Part shown: positions 1 to 8,974 of the stretch, in pieces
Position numbering within the stretch: the stretch's first letter is position 1
How the letters are laid out: every line of letters begins with the position of its first letter
Source of the DNA: a virus
DNA length: 64,000 bases
IMG/VR virus record: IMGVR_UViG_3300042508_000221
Coordinates: 1 to 64,000 of that record
Strand: one strand, 5' to 3'
Notes under the pieces: generated by a model
The model's input: only the letters and a program-made list of their open reading frames with translations
What the model was told of the DNA's origin: nothing
The model's database searches: none
Position numbers and translations under genes: made by a program

Positions 1-82
1 AGGGGGAAGACGCGAGGACAAAACTGGCGCTTTCGCTGGCCGGCTGTTCGCCGGCCAGCTTCTCCCTGTTTTTCCGACTCCT

Positions 83-112
83 TTGCACGCCCTAGAAGCC
101 GTTCTGTAGGCT
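83..112 (+). promoter_or_regulatory. Candidate sigma70-type promoter for terS, possibly leaderless
   Basis: TTGCAC (83-88), 18 nt spacer, TAGGCT (107-112); ATG at 120 with no SD. Confidence 0.4.
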
Positions 113-119
113 TGTAGGC

Positions 120-599
120 ATGAAGGGTCGCCCCCCAACGCCGAAACACATCCTCGCCATGCGTGGTTCCAAGCACGCCAAGAACCGCGAGGAGCTTGGT
201 GCCGCGCCGCCGGCCCCGATCCAGCCTGCCGAGTGGCTGAAACCTCGGGCGAAGGAGATTTTCTCCCGTGTCGTGGCGTGGCTGGACGGCATGGGCACCC
301 TGGCCGAATCCGACGAACACGTCATCACGAGGTACGCGACGACCTACGTTATGTGGGAGTACGCGACCCAGCAGCTCCAGGCGGTCGACTCAGCCTACGT
401 TGAGGTTCTGGCCCCCGACGGCTCGATCCGATTCTCTCGTCCAGTGGCAATGGCAATGCAGGCAAAAGAGTGCGGCGAGGCGCTTCGGCACCTCGAGACC
501 GTGCTCGGCCTGACCCCCGGCGATCGAACCCGCCTCGGCTACGGAGCCGTGAAGGTGGTCGTCGATCCGATGGATGCTCTGCTCGCCAAGCGTGGTTGA
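120..599 (+). CDS. terS: Terminase small subunit (P27 family)
   Basis: N-terminal GRPPTP motif, P..L...AK..F segment and C-terminal LGLTPGDRTRL; lies directly upstream of terL. Confidence 0.9.
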   Translation: MKGRPPTPKHILAMRGSKHAKNREELGAAPPAPIQPAEWLKPRAKEIFSRVVAWLDGMGTLAESDEHVITRYATTYVMWEYATQQLQAVDSAYVEVLAPDGSIRFSRPVAMAMQAKECGEALRHLETVLGLTPGDRTRLGYGAVKVVVDPMDALLAKRG

Positions 600-3162
600 T
601 ATCCGCGATTTCATCGGCCTGCTGAAGCACAGTCGCGGCGACTTTGCGGGGAAGCCTTTCGTCCTCGAGCGATGGCAGGACGAGTACCTCGACAAGCTCT
701 TCAACACGAAGAAGGCCGACGGCCTGCGGCAGTATCGAACGAGTTTACTTGCGTTGCCCCGCAAGAATGGAAAAGCGCTGGCCCTGGATACGCCTGTGCT
801 GACGACCACAGGCTGGTCGACAATGGGCGATCTGAATGTCGGCGATCACGTCTTCCACCCCAATGGCTACCCGGTAAGAGTAATTGCGGCGACAGAGGTA
901 ATGCACGGGCGGCCTTGCTATGGGGTCAAGTTCCGCAAAGGCGAAACTATCGTCGCTGACGCGGAGCATTTGTGGAAAACGGTGGCCTACAACGGCGGCC
1001 CCGGCGGCGGACGTGGCTTCAGGCACGCCGACCGCGGCGGCGAGGCTATCCGCACGACGCGGACGATTGCCAAAAGCTGCACGCTGAGTGGCAGGAAACA
1101 GGCTAACCATTCAATCCCAGTTGGCGGTGCCATCCAGCTCCCAGCGAAGAGCCTTCCGATAGACCCCTATGTCTTTGGTCTCTGGCTCGGCGACGGCTCA
1201 AAAACGCAGCCGATGATTGCCGTCGGTGCCGGCGACGAGCAGACGATCAGTAACATCGAGGACTGCGGCTACGACACGCGAGTCACGAGGCGAGTCACGC
1301 AAGGCAGGCCAAACAATGTGGTCAGCCTCGCGGGCCAGCTTACTCCAGACGGCCGTCGAGTCGTCGATCACCTGCGGTCCTTGGGTGTATTTGGCAACAA
1401 GCATGTACCTCGCGAATACATCGAATCGTCTGTCGAGCAGCGGCTCAGTCTTTTGCAGGGTCTCATGGATTCGGACGGATACGCGAGCGAGAGCGGATTG
1501 TGCGTATTCGTGAACAACAATAAGGCTATTGTTGACGGACTCGCCGAGGTCGTGCGTTCACTTGGGATGAAGGCTTATGTGACGGCGAAAAAGAGCACCA
1601 GCGCCGGCAAGGACTACGGAATCATCTATCAGGTAGTGTTTACTGCGTGGCACCCCACGCGAATTTTTCGCCTTTCGCGAAAACAGGAAAGAATCAAGCC
1701 GCGCCCAGAGAAAAGAAGCAAAACTGGCTTTCACTACATCGCGGAGTGCCAGCCGACCGACTCCGTCCCCGTCCGCTGCATTCAAGTCGATTCGCCTGAC
1801 GGGATGTTCCTCGTCGGCCGCTCGCTCATCCCGACGCACAACTCTGCGCTCTGCGCCGCCATCGGCATCTACATGATGTGCTGCGACGACGAGGGGGCAG
1901 AGGTGATCGTCGCGGCCGGCGACCGCGCGCAGGCTTCGCTCCTGCACACGGCTGCAAAGCAGTTCGTCGAGGGTTGTCCGTCACTGATGAAGAGATGCCG
2001 CATCTACAGAAATAGCATCGTCTTCCCTGAGAAGAACTCCACGATGCTGTGCATCAGCAGCGAAAGTGCCACGAAACACGGTTACAACCCAAGCTGCTGC
2101 CTCATTGACGAAATGCACGTCTTCCCCGACCGCGAGCTGATCGACGTTCTGGAGACCGGCATGGGTGCCAGAAGCCAGCCGCTGACCATCTACATCACGA
2201 CGGCCGGCACCGACATGGACGGCCCGTGCTACAAGGACTGGCAGCGGGCACTCAAGATTCGCGACGGCGTCCTGAAGGACGACTCGTTCCTGCCCTGCAT
2301 ATACGCCGCCGATCCCGAGGACGACCCGTTCATCGAGGAGACTTGGAAGAAGGCCAACCCGAACTACGGAATCACGCTAAAACCCGACTATTTCAGGCAA
2401 TTTTCGGAAAAAGCCAAGTCCTCACCCACCGACGAAGTCGTCTTCCGCACGCTGCACTTGAACCAGTGGCAGAAGTCGGAAACCAAGTGGATCAGGCACG
2501 GTGCCTGGGACGCCAACAACGTGCCGCTGCGGCCGACGGCGGGGCGGCCGTGCTGGTGCGGCGTCGACCTCGCCAGCACGTTCGACACGACGGCGTTCGT
2601 GGCGATCTGGCCTGACGCCGATGGAACGTATGACGTTCACGCCCACTTCTTCATCCCCGAGGAGAACGCGCACAGGCGGGCGAAGGAGGATCGGGTGCCG
2701 TATCACGCCTGGGCGGATGCGGGTTTTGTTACACTAACAGATGGCGACATAACGGATTACGACGCCGTCCGCGACTACATTCTCTCGTTCGCCGAGAAGA
2801 ATGCGGTTCGGGGTATTGCAATCGACCGCTGGAATGCGGTGCATCTGACGACGCAGCTCGTATCGGAGGGAATCGACGTTAAGCCGTTTGGACAAGGTTT
2901 TGCGAGCATGTCAGCGCCGAGCAAGCTGCTCGAAACCTTGACCATCTCCAGACGCTTGCGGCACGCCGGCAACCCTGTTCTGGCGTGGCAGATGTCGAAT
3001 GTTCAGGTCAAGATCGACGATGCCGGGAACATAAAGCCTACTAAGAAACACTCACATTCGACGGCCCGCATCGACGGCGCGGTCTCTCTGATCATGGCCC
3101 TCGGTATCTCCTCCAGCGAGAACCACGGCAACACCGACGAACCAACCCTCATGGTGCTCTAG
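592..3162 (+). CDS. terL: Terminase large subunit, intein-containing (GTG start at 592 preferred; ORF open from 574)
   Basis: Walker A RKNGK[intein]S, Walker B CLIDEMH, ITTAG, nuclease GVDLA, C-terminal IDGAVSLIMAL. Confidence 0.95.
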   Translation: MVDIRDFIGLLKHSRGDFAGKPFVLERWQDEYLDKLFNTKKADGLRQYRTSLLALPRKNGKALALDTPVLTTTGWSTMGDLNVGDHVFHPNGYPVRVIAATEVMHGRPCYGVKFRKGETIVADAEHLWKTVAYNGGPGGGRGFRHADRGGEAIRTTRTIAKSCTLSGRKQANHSIPVGGAIQLPAKSLPIDPYVFGLWLGDGSKTQPMIAVGAGDEQTISNIEDCGYDTRVTRRVTQGRPNNVVSLAGQLTPDGRRVVDHLRSLGVFGNKHVPREYIESSVEQRLSLLQGLMDSDGYASESGLCVFVNNNKAIVDGLAEVVRSLGMKAYVTAKKSTSAGKDYGIIYQVVFTAWHPTRIFRLSRKQERIKPRPEKRSKTGFHYIAECQPTDSVPVRCIQVDSPDGMFLVGRSLIPTHNSALCAAIGIYMMCCDDEGAEVIVAAGDRAQASLLHTAAKQFVEGCPSLMKRCRIYRNSIVFPEKNSTMLCISSESATKHGYNPSCCLIDEMHVFPDRELIDVLETGMGARSQPLTIYITTAGTDMDGPCYKDWQRALKIRDGVLKDDSFLPCIYAADPEDDPFIEETWKKANPNYGITLKPDYFRQFSEKAKSSPTDEVVFRTLHLNQWQKSETKWIRHGAWDANNVPLRPTAGRPCWCGVDLASTFDTTAFVAIWPDADGTYDVHAHFFIPEENAHRRAKEDRVPYHAWADAGFVTLTDGDITDYDAVRDYILSFAEKNAVRGIAIDRWNAVHLTTQLVSEGIDVKPFGQGFASMSAPSKLLETLTISRRLRHAGNPVLAWQMSNVQVKIDDAGNIKPTKKHSHSTARIDGAVSLIMALGISSSENHGNTDEPTLMVL
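775..1842 (+). mobile_element. Class 3 intein (356 aa) with LAGLIDADG homing endonuclease in the terL P-loop
   Basis: Starts ALALDTPV, ends PTHN followed by Ser; DAEHLW, VRCIQVD and PTHN give the W-C-T signature; GLWLGDG and LQGLMDSDG endonuclease motifs. Confidence 0.9.
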
Positions 3163-3163
3163 C

Positions 3164-4810
3164 GTGGACAAGATCGACGAGGAAGTCTCCGATCTGATTG
3201 AGCTTCGCGGCAATCTCTCCCGTATTTTCGAGGAGATTTCCAACACCAGACGCACGGCATCAGGCGTCACCGTCTCGCCAGAGACCGCTCTTGAATGCAC
3301 TGCCGTATTGGCGTGCGTTCGCGTCTTATCGGAATCGATTGCCAGCCTCCCGTTCAACGTCTACCGCAGGCTCCCCGGCGGCGGCAAGGAAATCGCCGAA
3401 GAACAGCACCTCCACGAGGTCATCTGCTACCAGCCCAACTCGTGGATGACGGGCTTCGAGTTCCGCGAGCTGATGCAAAGCTGGCTCCTCCTCTGGGGCA
3501 ACGCCTACGCCCACATCAAGGGCGGCCGTCAGGGCGGCGTGACTGAGCTGATCCCTCTGCATCCGTCGCGGATGGAGGTCAAGCGGCTCACCAACGGCAA
3601 GCTACGGTACTACTACACCGAGCCGACGACGCCGATCCAGCCACAGATCAACGTGACGGAGTATCGGCAGGACGAGATTTTTCATCTTCGCTGGCTCAGT
3701 TCGGACGGCGTGACCGGATTCGTTCCGACGACGCTCTCCAGGGACGCCATCGGACTGGCCCGAGCGACCGAATTGCACTCTGGTGCATTCTTCGGGAACG
3801 GTGCGACACCGGGCACCTATATCGAAACCGATCAGCCCCACAAGCCCGAGGTGCTGTCAAGATTCAAGGAACAGTGGAACGACGCTCATTCCGGCCCCGA
3901 CAAGGCTTACAAGACCGTTGTCATGCCGTTCGGCTTCCATCGGAAGCAGGTCGAGGTTCGGAATGACACGGCCCAGCTCATTGAGACCAGGAAGTATCAA
4001 GTCGAAGAGGTGGCTCGGGCATACCGCGTGCCGCCGCACCTGCTCGGCGATCTGTCGAACGTGCGTTTCTCGACGGTGGAGCAATCGGCCATCGACTTCG
4101 TCACGTTCTCGTTGATCCCGTGGTGCCGCCGATGGGAATCGGCCTGCCGCCGCGATCTAGTGGTCGATGACAAGCAGTATTTCTGTCAGTTCGACGTGAA
4201 TGCCCTGATGGCCGGTGACTATGCGGCGAGGTCGCAGTTCATTCGGGAGATGGCGAACCTCGGGGCACTTGATGTCGACGAAATCCGCGCTCAAATCGGC
4301 TACAACCCGCTACCGGACGGCCTGGGCAAGAAGCGGTTCGTGCAGGTCAACATGCAGTTGCTGGAGGCGTTCACTCCCGACAACCCGACCGGCCAGAAGC
4401 AGCAGCCGGAAGCGACCCCCTCGCCCCCGGTCAGCGTTGACGGGACGCCGGAACCGTCGGCCACCGACGCTCCCGCAGCCGCCGAGGACGCTCGCCAGCT
4501 TGCCGGTGCCGAAGTTATCTTCAAAACGACTCTTCGTCGACTCGCCGCCGTCGAAGCCGACGGAATCCTCGAGCGACGTGCCAAGCCCGAGAAGATCGCG
4601 ACGTGGTTCGATCAGACGAGCCAGCGGATGCGGGAAGAACTTCGCGAGGCCGCAGAGGCCACTGGCCGAGACATCGACAAGTTCGTAGGAGATTGGGTGA
4701 ACCGCTCGCGAGACCTCTTGCTTGAGTGTCATCGCAGCGGTCAGAAGTACGAAACCGTCACTGAAGGCTGGTGCGACAAGCACCTGACAACCGATGCCGC
4801 AAGCACCTGA
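3164..4810 (+). CDS. Portal protein (HK97 family) with C-terminal extension
   Basis: AVLACVRVLSESIASLP, LLLWGNAY, IPLHPSRM, EIFHLR, ARAYRVPPHLLG, E.R...GYNPLP. Confidence 0.95.
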   Translation: MDKIDEEVSDLIELRGNLSRIFEEISNTRRTASGVTVSPETALECTAVLACVRVLSESIASLPFNVYRRLPGGGKEIAEEQHLHEVICYQPNSWMTGFEFRELMQSWLLLWGNAYAHIKGGRQGGVTELIPLHPSRMEVKRLTNGKLRYYYTEPTTPIQPQINVTEYRQDEIFHLRWLSSDGVTGFVPTTLSRDAIGLARATELHSGAFFGNGATPGTYIETDQPHKPEVLSRFKEQWNDAHSGPDKAYKTVVMPFGFHRKQVEVRNDTAQLIETRKYQVEEVARAYRVPPHLLGDLSNVRFSTVEQSAIDFVTFSLIPWCRRWESACRRDLVVDDKQYFCQFDVNALMAGDYAARSQFIREMANLGALDVDEIRAQIGYNPLPDGLGKKRFVQVNMQLLEAFTPDNPTGQKQQPEATPSPPVSVDGTPEPSATDAPAAAEDARQLAGAEVIFKTTLRRLAAVEADGILERRAKPEKIATWFDQTSQRMREELREAAEATGRDIDKFVGDWVNRSRDLLLECHRSGQKYETVTEGWCDKHLTTDAAST

Positions 4811-5267
4811 AGGCGTGATCGACGCCCTGCAAGCCTCCGTTCGGCTGCACATGACCGCGATTGAGACGTATCAGTCGCAGGCCGAGCACTTCGATCGATG
4901 GGGCTACGGGAAGCTGGCCGACACGAGCCGCTTCGAGGCCGAAGAGGAACGCCGCCACCTGCATGAGGTGCAGGCTCGGCTTGAATACTACGACGTTCAG
5001 CCGGCCTACGACCACGACCAGCCCGACTGGCCGCGGCACGACTTCGAGGGCATCCTCGCAGCCAACCTGTCGCTTGAAACCGCCGCCGCGGAGGCCGAGC
5101 GAGCCAACGTGACGGCCTGCCGTGCCGTCGGCGACGAGATTTCCGCCGTCATCTTCACCCGGTTGCTCGAAGGCAGCGAAGAAGCGGTGGCCGCGATCGA
5201 AGCAAAACAGCGTGTGATCGAGCAGATCGGTGTGGACAACTACCTCGCGAATCAGGTGACGGCATGA
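4794..5267 (+). CDS. bfr: Bacterioferritin-like protein with degenerate ferroxidase and heme sites
   Basis: 157 aa, colinear by eye with Bfr: VIDAL..., AI..Y, WGY.KLA, EEERRH, NLSLE, D.IS, and the C-terminus IEQIGVDNYLANQ. Confidence 0.8.
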   Translation: MPQAPEGVIDALQASVRLHMTAIETYQSQAEHFDRWGYGKLADTSRFEAEEERRHLHEVQARLEYYDVQPAYDHDQPDWPRHDFEGILAANLSLETAAAEAERANVTACRAVGDEISAVIFTRLLEGSEEAVAAIEAKQRVIEQIGVDNYLANQVTA

Positions 5268-6931
5268 GCAATGAAATTGAACGGCGCACGACGGTCTCGG
5301 ACGCGACGATTGAGTACCGAGACATGGGAAACGGCGAGAAGAAGCCTGTGATTTCGGGCTACGCCGCCGTCTTCAACGCTGAGAGCCGCAACCTGGGCGG
5401 CTTCGTCGAGACGATTCACCCGAATGCGTTCGACGAAGTGCTGGCCGAGAACCCCGATGTCATCGGCGTGTTCAATCACGACCGCAATCTGCTCCTCGGC
5501 CGCACCGGAAACGGGTCGATGAAGCTCACGAAAGACCCCTATGGTCTTCGTTACGAGATCACGCCGAACGAAAACACGTCCATCGGCCGCGACGTGATCG
5601 AATGGGTGAAGGATAGGACAGTCGTGGGGTCAAGTTTCGCCTTCGCAATCCGTCGGGATAATGGCGATTCGTGGTCTACGGACAATACTCGTGGCATTCG
5701 GAAGCGAGAAGTGAGAGCAATTGGGCTGCTTGAAGATGTCGGGCCAGTGGTTCGGCCTGCATATGACTCGTCCAGCGTGGTGGTGAGCCGTCGAGCCATC
5801 GAAATGGCCCTCGGCGAGAGCCATCGGCCCATCCAAACGATGGCGAACGCGGCGAAACGCGGTCTGAAGCTCGCCCAGAAGGCAGAAAACATCGATTCTC
5901 GCCTCCTGTGCATCGCCGAACGTGTCGCAAACCGCGAAATCGTCTCCGTCGAGGAGGTTTCGTACCTCTCGGGAGTCTACGGACGCTGTTTGGCGGCGAA
6001 AGTGACGGGCTGGTCGGGCACGCCGGCCTGGATCGAGTGGCAACTGGCCGGCGGAGATGCAGGGCAGAAGTGGGTGGATCGGCGTGCTGCTTCCGCGCAG
6101 CCGGAAGCAGCCCCGTCGGTGGACTCTGCCACTGAAATCCCTGTTTCCGACGCTCCTGCCGAGGAACGAGCCGCCTCCGACGTGAATCTGAAGCCCACCG
6201 CGGGCATGGCAGCCGCCGCGAAGCGAGGATTGGCCCTCCACGAGGAAGGCCGATCGGGCGACGGGCTCAAGCCCGAGACGGTGGCGCGTGCCGGCAAGAT
6301 CGCCGACCGCGACGAACTCACTCCCGAGCACGTTCGCGAGATGCGGGCGTGGTTTCGGCGTCACAAGGTCGACAAGAAGGCCGGCTGGAGCGCGAAAGGC
6401 GCTGAGACCCCCGGCTATACCGCCTGGATGCTCTGGGGCGGCGACCCGGCGTGGCGGTGGAGTGAGGCCAAGGTCTCACAGATGGAGCGTGCCGCTGGAA
6501 AGCGAGACATCGTCGAAGGCGAGGAGATCGAGGAAGAGTACGAATCCATGCTCTCGCCCGCGAACCTCGCCCTGGCTGAGTCCTATGAGGGCATCGCCGA
6601 GGAATTCGGCGCGTTCTCGCAGAACGATGCCCACTACATGACCGAGAACCCGTTTGCCAAGGACGGCATGAAGTGCAGCAACTGCGTCTTCTTCGAGAGC
6701 GAGGAAGGCAGGTGCTACATCGTGCAAGGCGAGATCGCCGCTGATGCGATCTGCAAACTGTGGATCATCCCCGAGGAGCGTATGAGCGAAGAAAAGAAGC
6801 CGGAACCCGTCGACGAGAAGGTCGCCGAGGACATGCGGGCGGCCAAGGAACAGTTGGACATCGACGTGAAGCTGGCGGCTCTGAAGGCCACAATCCTTCG
6901 GACTCAGTTGCACGGTCTTCCGAAGGCTTGA
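5264..6931 (+). CDS. HK97-type prohead protease with two repeated AAKRGL...W..GGD domains and a C-terminal HiPIP-like Cys4 domain
   Basis: ISGYAAVFN, FNHDRNLLLGRT, GSSFAF, VGPVVRPAY; C-terminal KCSNCVFF..GRCYIVQGEI....ICKLW. Confidence 0.9.
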   Translation: MSNEIERRTTVSDATIEYRDMGNGEKKPVISGYAAVFNAESRNLGGFVETIHPNAFDEVLAENPDVIGVFNHDRNLLLGRTGNGSMKLTKDPYGLRYEITPNENTSIGRDVIEWVKDRTVVGSSFAFAIRRDNGDSWSTDNTRGIRKREVRAIGLLEDVGPVVRPAYDSSSVVVSRRAIEMALGESHRPIQTMANAAKRGLKLAQKAENIDSRLLCIAERVANREIVSVEEVSYLSGVYGRCLAAKVTGWSGTPAWIEWQLAGGDAGQKWVDRRAASAQPEAAPSVDSATEIPVSDAPAEERAASDVNLKPTAGMAAAAKRGLALHEEGRSGDGLKPETVARAGKIADRDELTPEHVREMRAWFRRHKVDKKAGWSAKGAETPGYTAWMLWGGDPAWRWSEAKVSQMERAAGKRDIVEGEEIEEEYESMLSPANLALAESYEGIAEEFGAFSQNDAHYMTENPFAKDGMKCSNCVFFESEEGRCYIVQGEIAADAICKLWIIPEERMSEEKKPEPVDEKVAEDMRAAKEQLDIDVKLAALKATILRTQLHGLPKA

Positions 6932-6951
6932 TAGTCTACAGGTAGACACAT

Positions 6952-7072
6952 TGCTTCACGACGGATGTCGTGAGGAGCAGTGCGAGCGTCTTGAGGATTC
7001 AAGCACGCGGCGCGCTAGCGGGATCACCCGCCGGCCGCCGCATCGTGCGTTAGGCCGGCTCAATCACAGGAG
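6952..7072 (+). promoter_or_regulatory. Structured capsid-gene leader with several GGA-loop hairpins (CsrA-type sites)
   Basis: TCACGAC-GGAT-GTCGTGA (6956-6973), CTTGA-GGAT-TCAAG (6990-7003), GCGGG-ATCA-CCCGC (7018-7031), ACAGGAG SD (7066-7072). Confidence 0.65.
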
Positions 7073-7082
7073 CAGGCCAAAC

Positions 7083-8435
7083 ATGGCATCGAATCTCAAG
7101 CGTCTTCAGGAACGTGCCGCGGCTGTCGCCGCTCGGATGACCGAACTGTCCGGTATCGAGGATCGCTCGGCCGAGCAGACCAAGGAACTCATCTCGCTCG
7201 GCACTCAGGCCGACGACCTGAAGACTTCCCTCGACTTCGAGGAGCGGATCGCCGCCAAGGAAGCCGAGCTGCGTGCGGTGGTCGAGAAGGCCGCCCCCGC
7301 CCCGGCCCCGGTTGCCGAAGTGGCCGCCAAGGCCGAGGACAAGAAGGTCGAGATTCGTTCGATCCAGCCCCACCACACCAGCCTGCGGGCGTTCAACGAC
7401 GGCCCCGAGGCCGTCGAGAGCGCGTATCGATGCGGCCGGTGGCTCCGGGCCCATATCTTCAAGAACGCCGAAGACCTTCGCTGGTGCAAGGATCACGGCG
7501 TCGAGAGCCGTGCCCTGGGCGAGAGCAGCAACTCGTCGGGTGGCGCTCTAGTGCCCGAAGAGTTTGCGGCCCGCGTGATTCGTCTCGTCGAAAACTACGG
7601 CACCTTCGCCGCGAGCAACGTCGAGAAGGTCACGATGACCCGCGACACCCTCGTGATCCCCAAGCGGGTTACGGGCACCGCAGCGTACTTCGTGGGCGAA
7701 GGGACGGCGGTAAACGAGAGCGAGCCCACTTATTCCAATGTGCAGCTTATCGCCAAAAAGCTGGCGGTTGGCACTCGGATGTCGAGCGAAATCGTAGAGG
7801 ACGCTCTGGTTTCGATTGCTGATGCTGTGGCAGTGGAGTTCAGCACCTCGCTGTCGCTCAAGCAGGATATGTGCGGTTGGTTGGGTGACGGCACCTCCAG
7901 CTTCGGCGGAATCCACGGCGTGGTGCCGAAGATCAACGACGGCACTCACACCGCTGGCGTGCTGACTGCCGGCACGGGTGCGACGGGCTTCGAGACCCTG
8001 ACCGTGACCGACTTCATCAAGCTGATCGGCCGGATGCCGCTGTACGCCCGCCAGGGTGCAGCCTTCTACATCTCGCCGGCCGGTTTCGCTGCCTCGATGG
8101 CCCGCCTCCGCTACGCGGCTGGTGGCAACACCGTCGAGCAGGTCGGTGGCGGCGTGAACGAGCAGTTCCTCGGCTACCCGGTGAACCTCGTCCACGTCAT
8201 GGACGGCACGCTCGGTGCCGACGCTGGCAAGGTGAAGGTGCTGTTCGCGAACCTCGGCCTGTCGAGCATCTACGCTCGTCGCCGTGACTTCTCGGTCAAG
8301 ATGTACGACCAAGTGTACGCCACGACCGACCAGTTGCTCCTCCAGGGAACGCTTCGCTTCGACATTAACCACCACTCGCTGGGCGACAACACGACCGCCG
8401 GCCCGGTGGTGGCCCTCAAGACCGCGGCGTCCTGA
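7083..8435 (+). CDS. Major capsid protein (HK97 fold, N-terminal coiled-coil delta domain)
   Basis: SD CAGGAG before ATG 7083; SSGGALVPEEF, YFVGEG, KKLAVGTRMSSEIVED, FLGYPV. Confidence 0.95.
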   Translation: MASNLKRLQERAAAVAARMTELSGIEDRSAEQTKELISLGTQADDLKTSLDFEERIAAKEAELRAVVEKAAPAPAPVAEVAAKAEDKKVEIRSIQPHHTSLRAFNDGPEAVESAYRCGRWLRAHIFKNAEDLRWCKDHGVESRALGESSNSSGGALVPEEFAARVIRLVENYGTFAASNVEKVTMTRDTLVIPKRVTGTAAYFVGEGTAVNESEPTYSNVQLIAKKLAVGTRMSSEIVEDALVSIADAVAVEFSTSLSLKQDMCGWLGDGTSSFGGIHGVVPKINDGTHTAGVLTAGTGATGFETLTVTDFIKLIGRMPLYARQGAAFYISPAGFAASMARLRYAAGGNTVEQVGGGVNEQFLGYPVNLVHVMDGTLGADAGKVKVLFANLGLSSIYARRRDFSVKMYDQVYATTDQLLLQGTLRFDINHHSLGDNTTAGPVVALKTAAS

Positions 8436-8475
8436 GCCTAACAACCAAAACCTCAAGGAAAGGAACCCCTAGACC

Positions 8476-8898
8476 ATGATCCACGCCCAGAATGAAAAGG
8501 TTGTGGCCTCCGTCCCGGCTTCGGTCGGCTCGAGTGCCGTGACCCTGACGATCGACACGCTCGGCTATGACCACGCGAGCGTGGCCGTGATGCGGGCCAG
8601 CAACGCCTCGACGGTTTTTGCCAGCGTCCTGAAGATCGAAGAGTCGGACGACAACTCGTCCTACTCGAACGTGACCGGCCTCGTGGGCGGCACCGACTTC
8701 ACGATCCCCGTCGTGTCCGACACGTCGGCCGTCGCGGTGGTGAAGCTGGATGTCGACACGAAGGCGAAGAAGCGTTACCTCAAGGTCACGGCGACCCCCG
8801 CGGTCAGCGTGAACACGGTGGTGACGGCTCGGCTGTCTCGTGGCGATGCCCCGACGACTGCTACTGAAGCTGGCTGCATCGGCTGGGTTAAGGGCTGA
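8476..8898 (+). CDS. Putative capsid decoration protein
   Basis: Beta-rich 140 aa directly after the capsid gene; IDTLGYD, KIEESDD, KRYLKV. Confidence 0.55.
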   Translation: MIHAQNEKVVASVPASVGSSAVTLTIDTLGYDHASVAVMRASNASTVFASVLKIEESDDNSSYSNVTGLVGGTDFTIPVVSDTSAVAVVKLDVDTKAKKRYLKVTATPAVSVNTVVTARLSRGDAPTTATEAGCIGWVKG

Positions 8899-8974
8899 TT
8901 CCCGAACTGCGGGACGGCCATGATGGCCGACAAAGGCGCATGGATGCGCGCCCGCTCCACATACGGAGCGATCC

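Noticed and set aside
1-119. cos site
   Set aside because: Position upstream of terS is compatible, but no specific cohesive-end sequence can be supported from the sequence alone.
6951-7082. N-terminal capsid extension from TTG 6951
   Set aside because: No SD at that start, the peptide looks non-coding, and ATG 7083 has a strong SD.
4794-8435. Stand-alone encapsulin operon
   Set aside because: The shell gene has a delta domain and is flanked by terminase, portal, protease and tail genes, so it is a true phage head; the encapsulin link is only an analogy.
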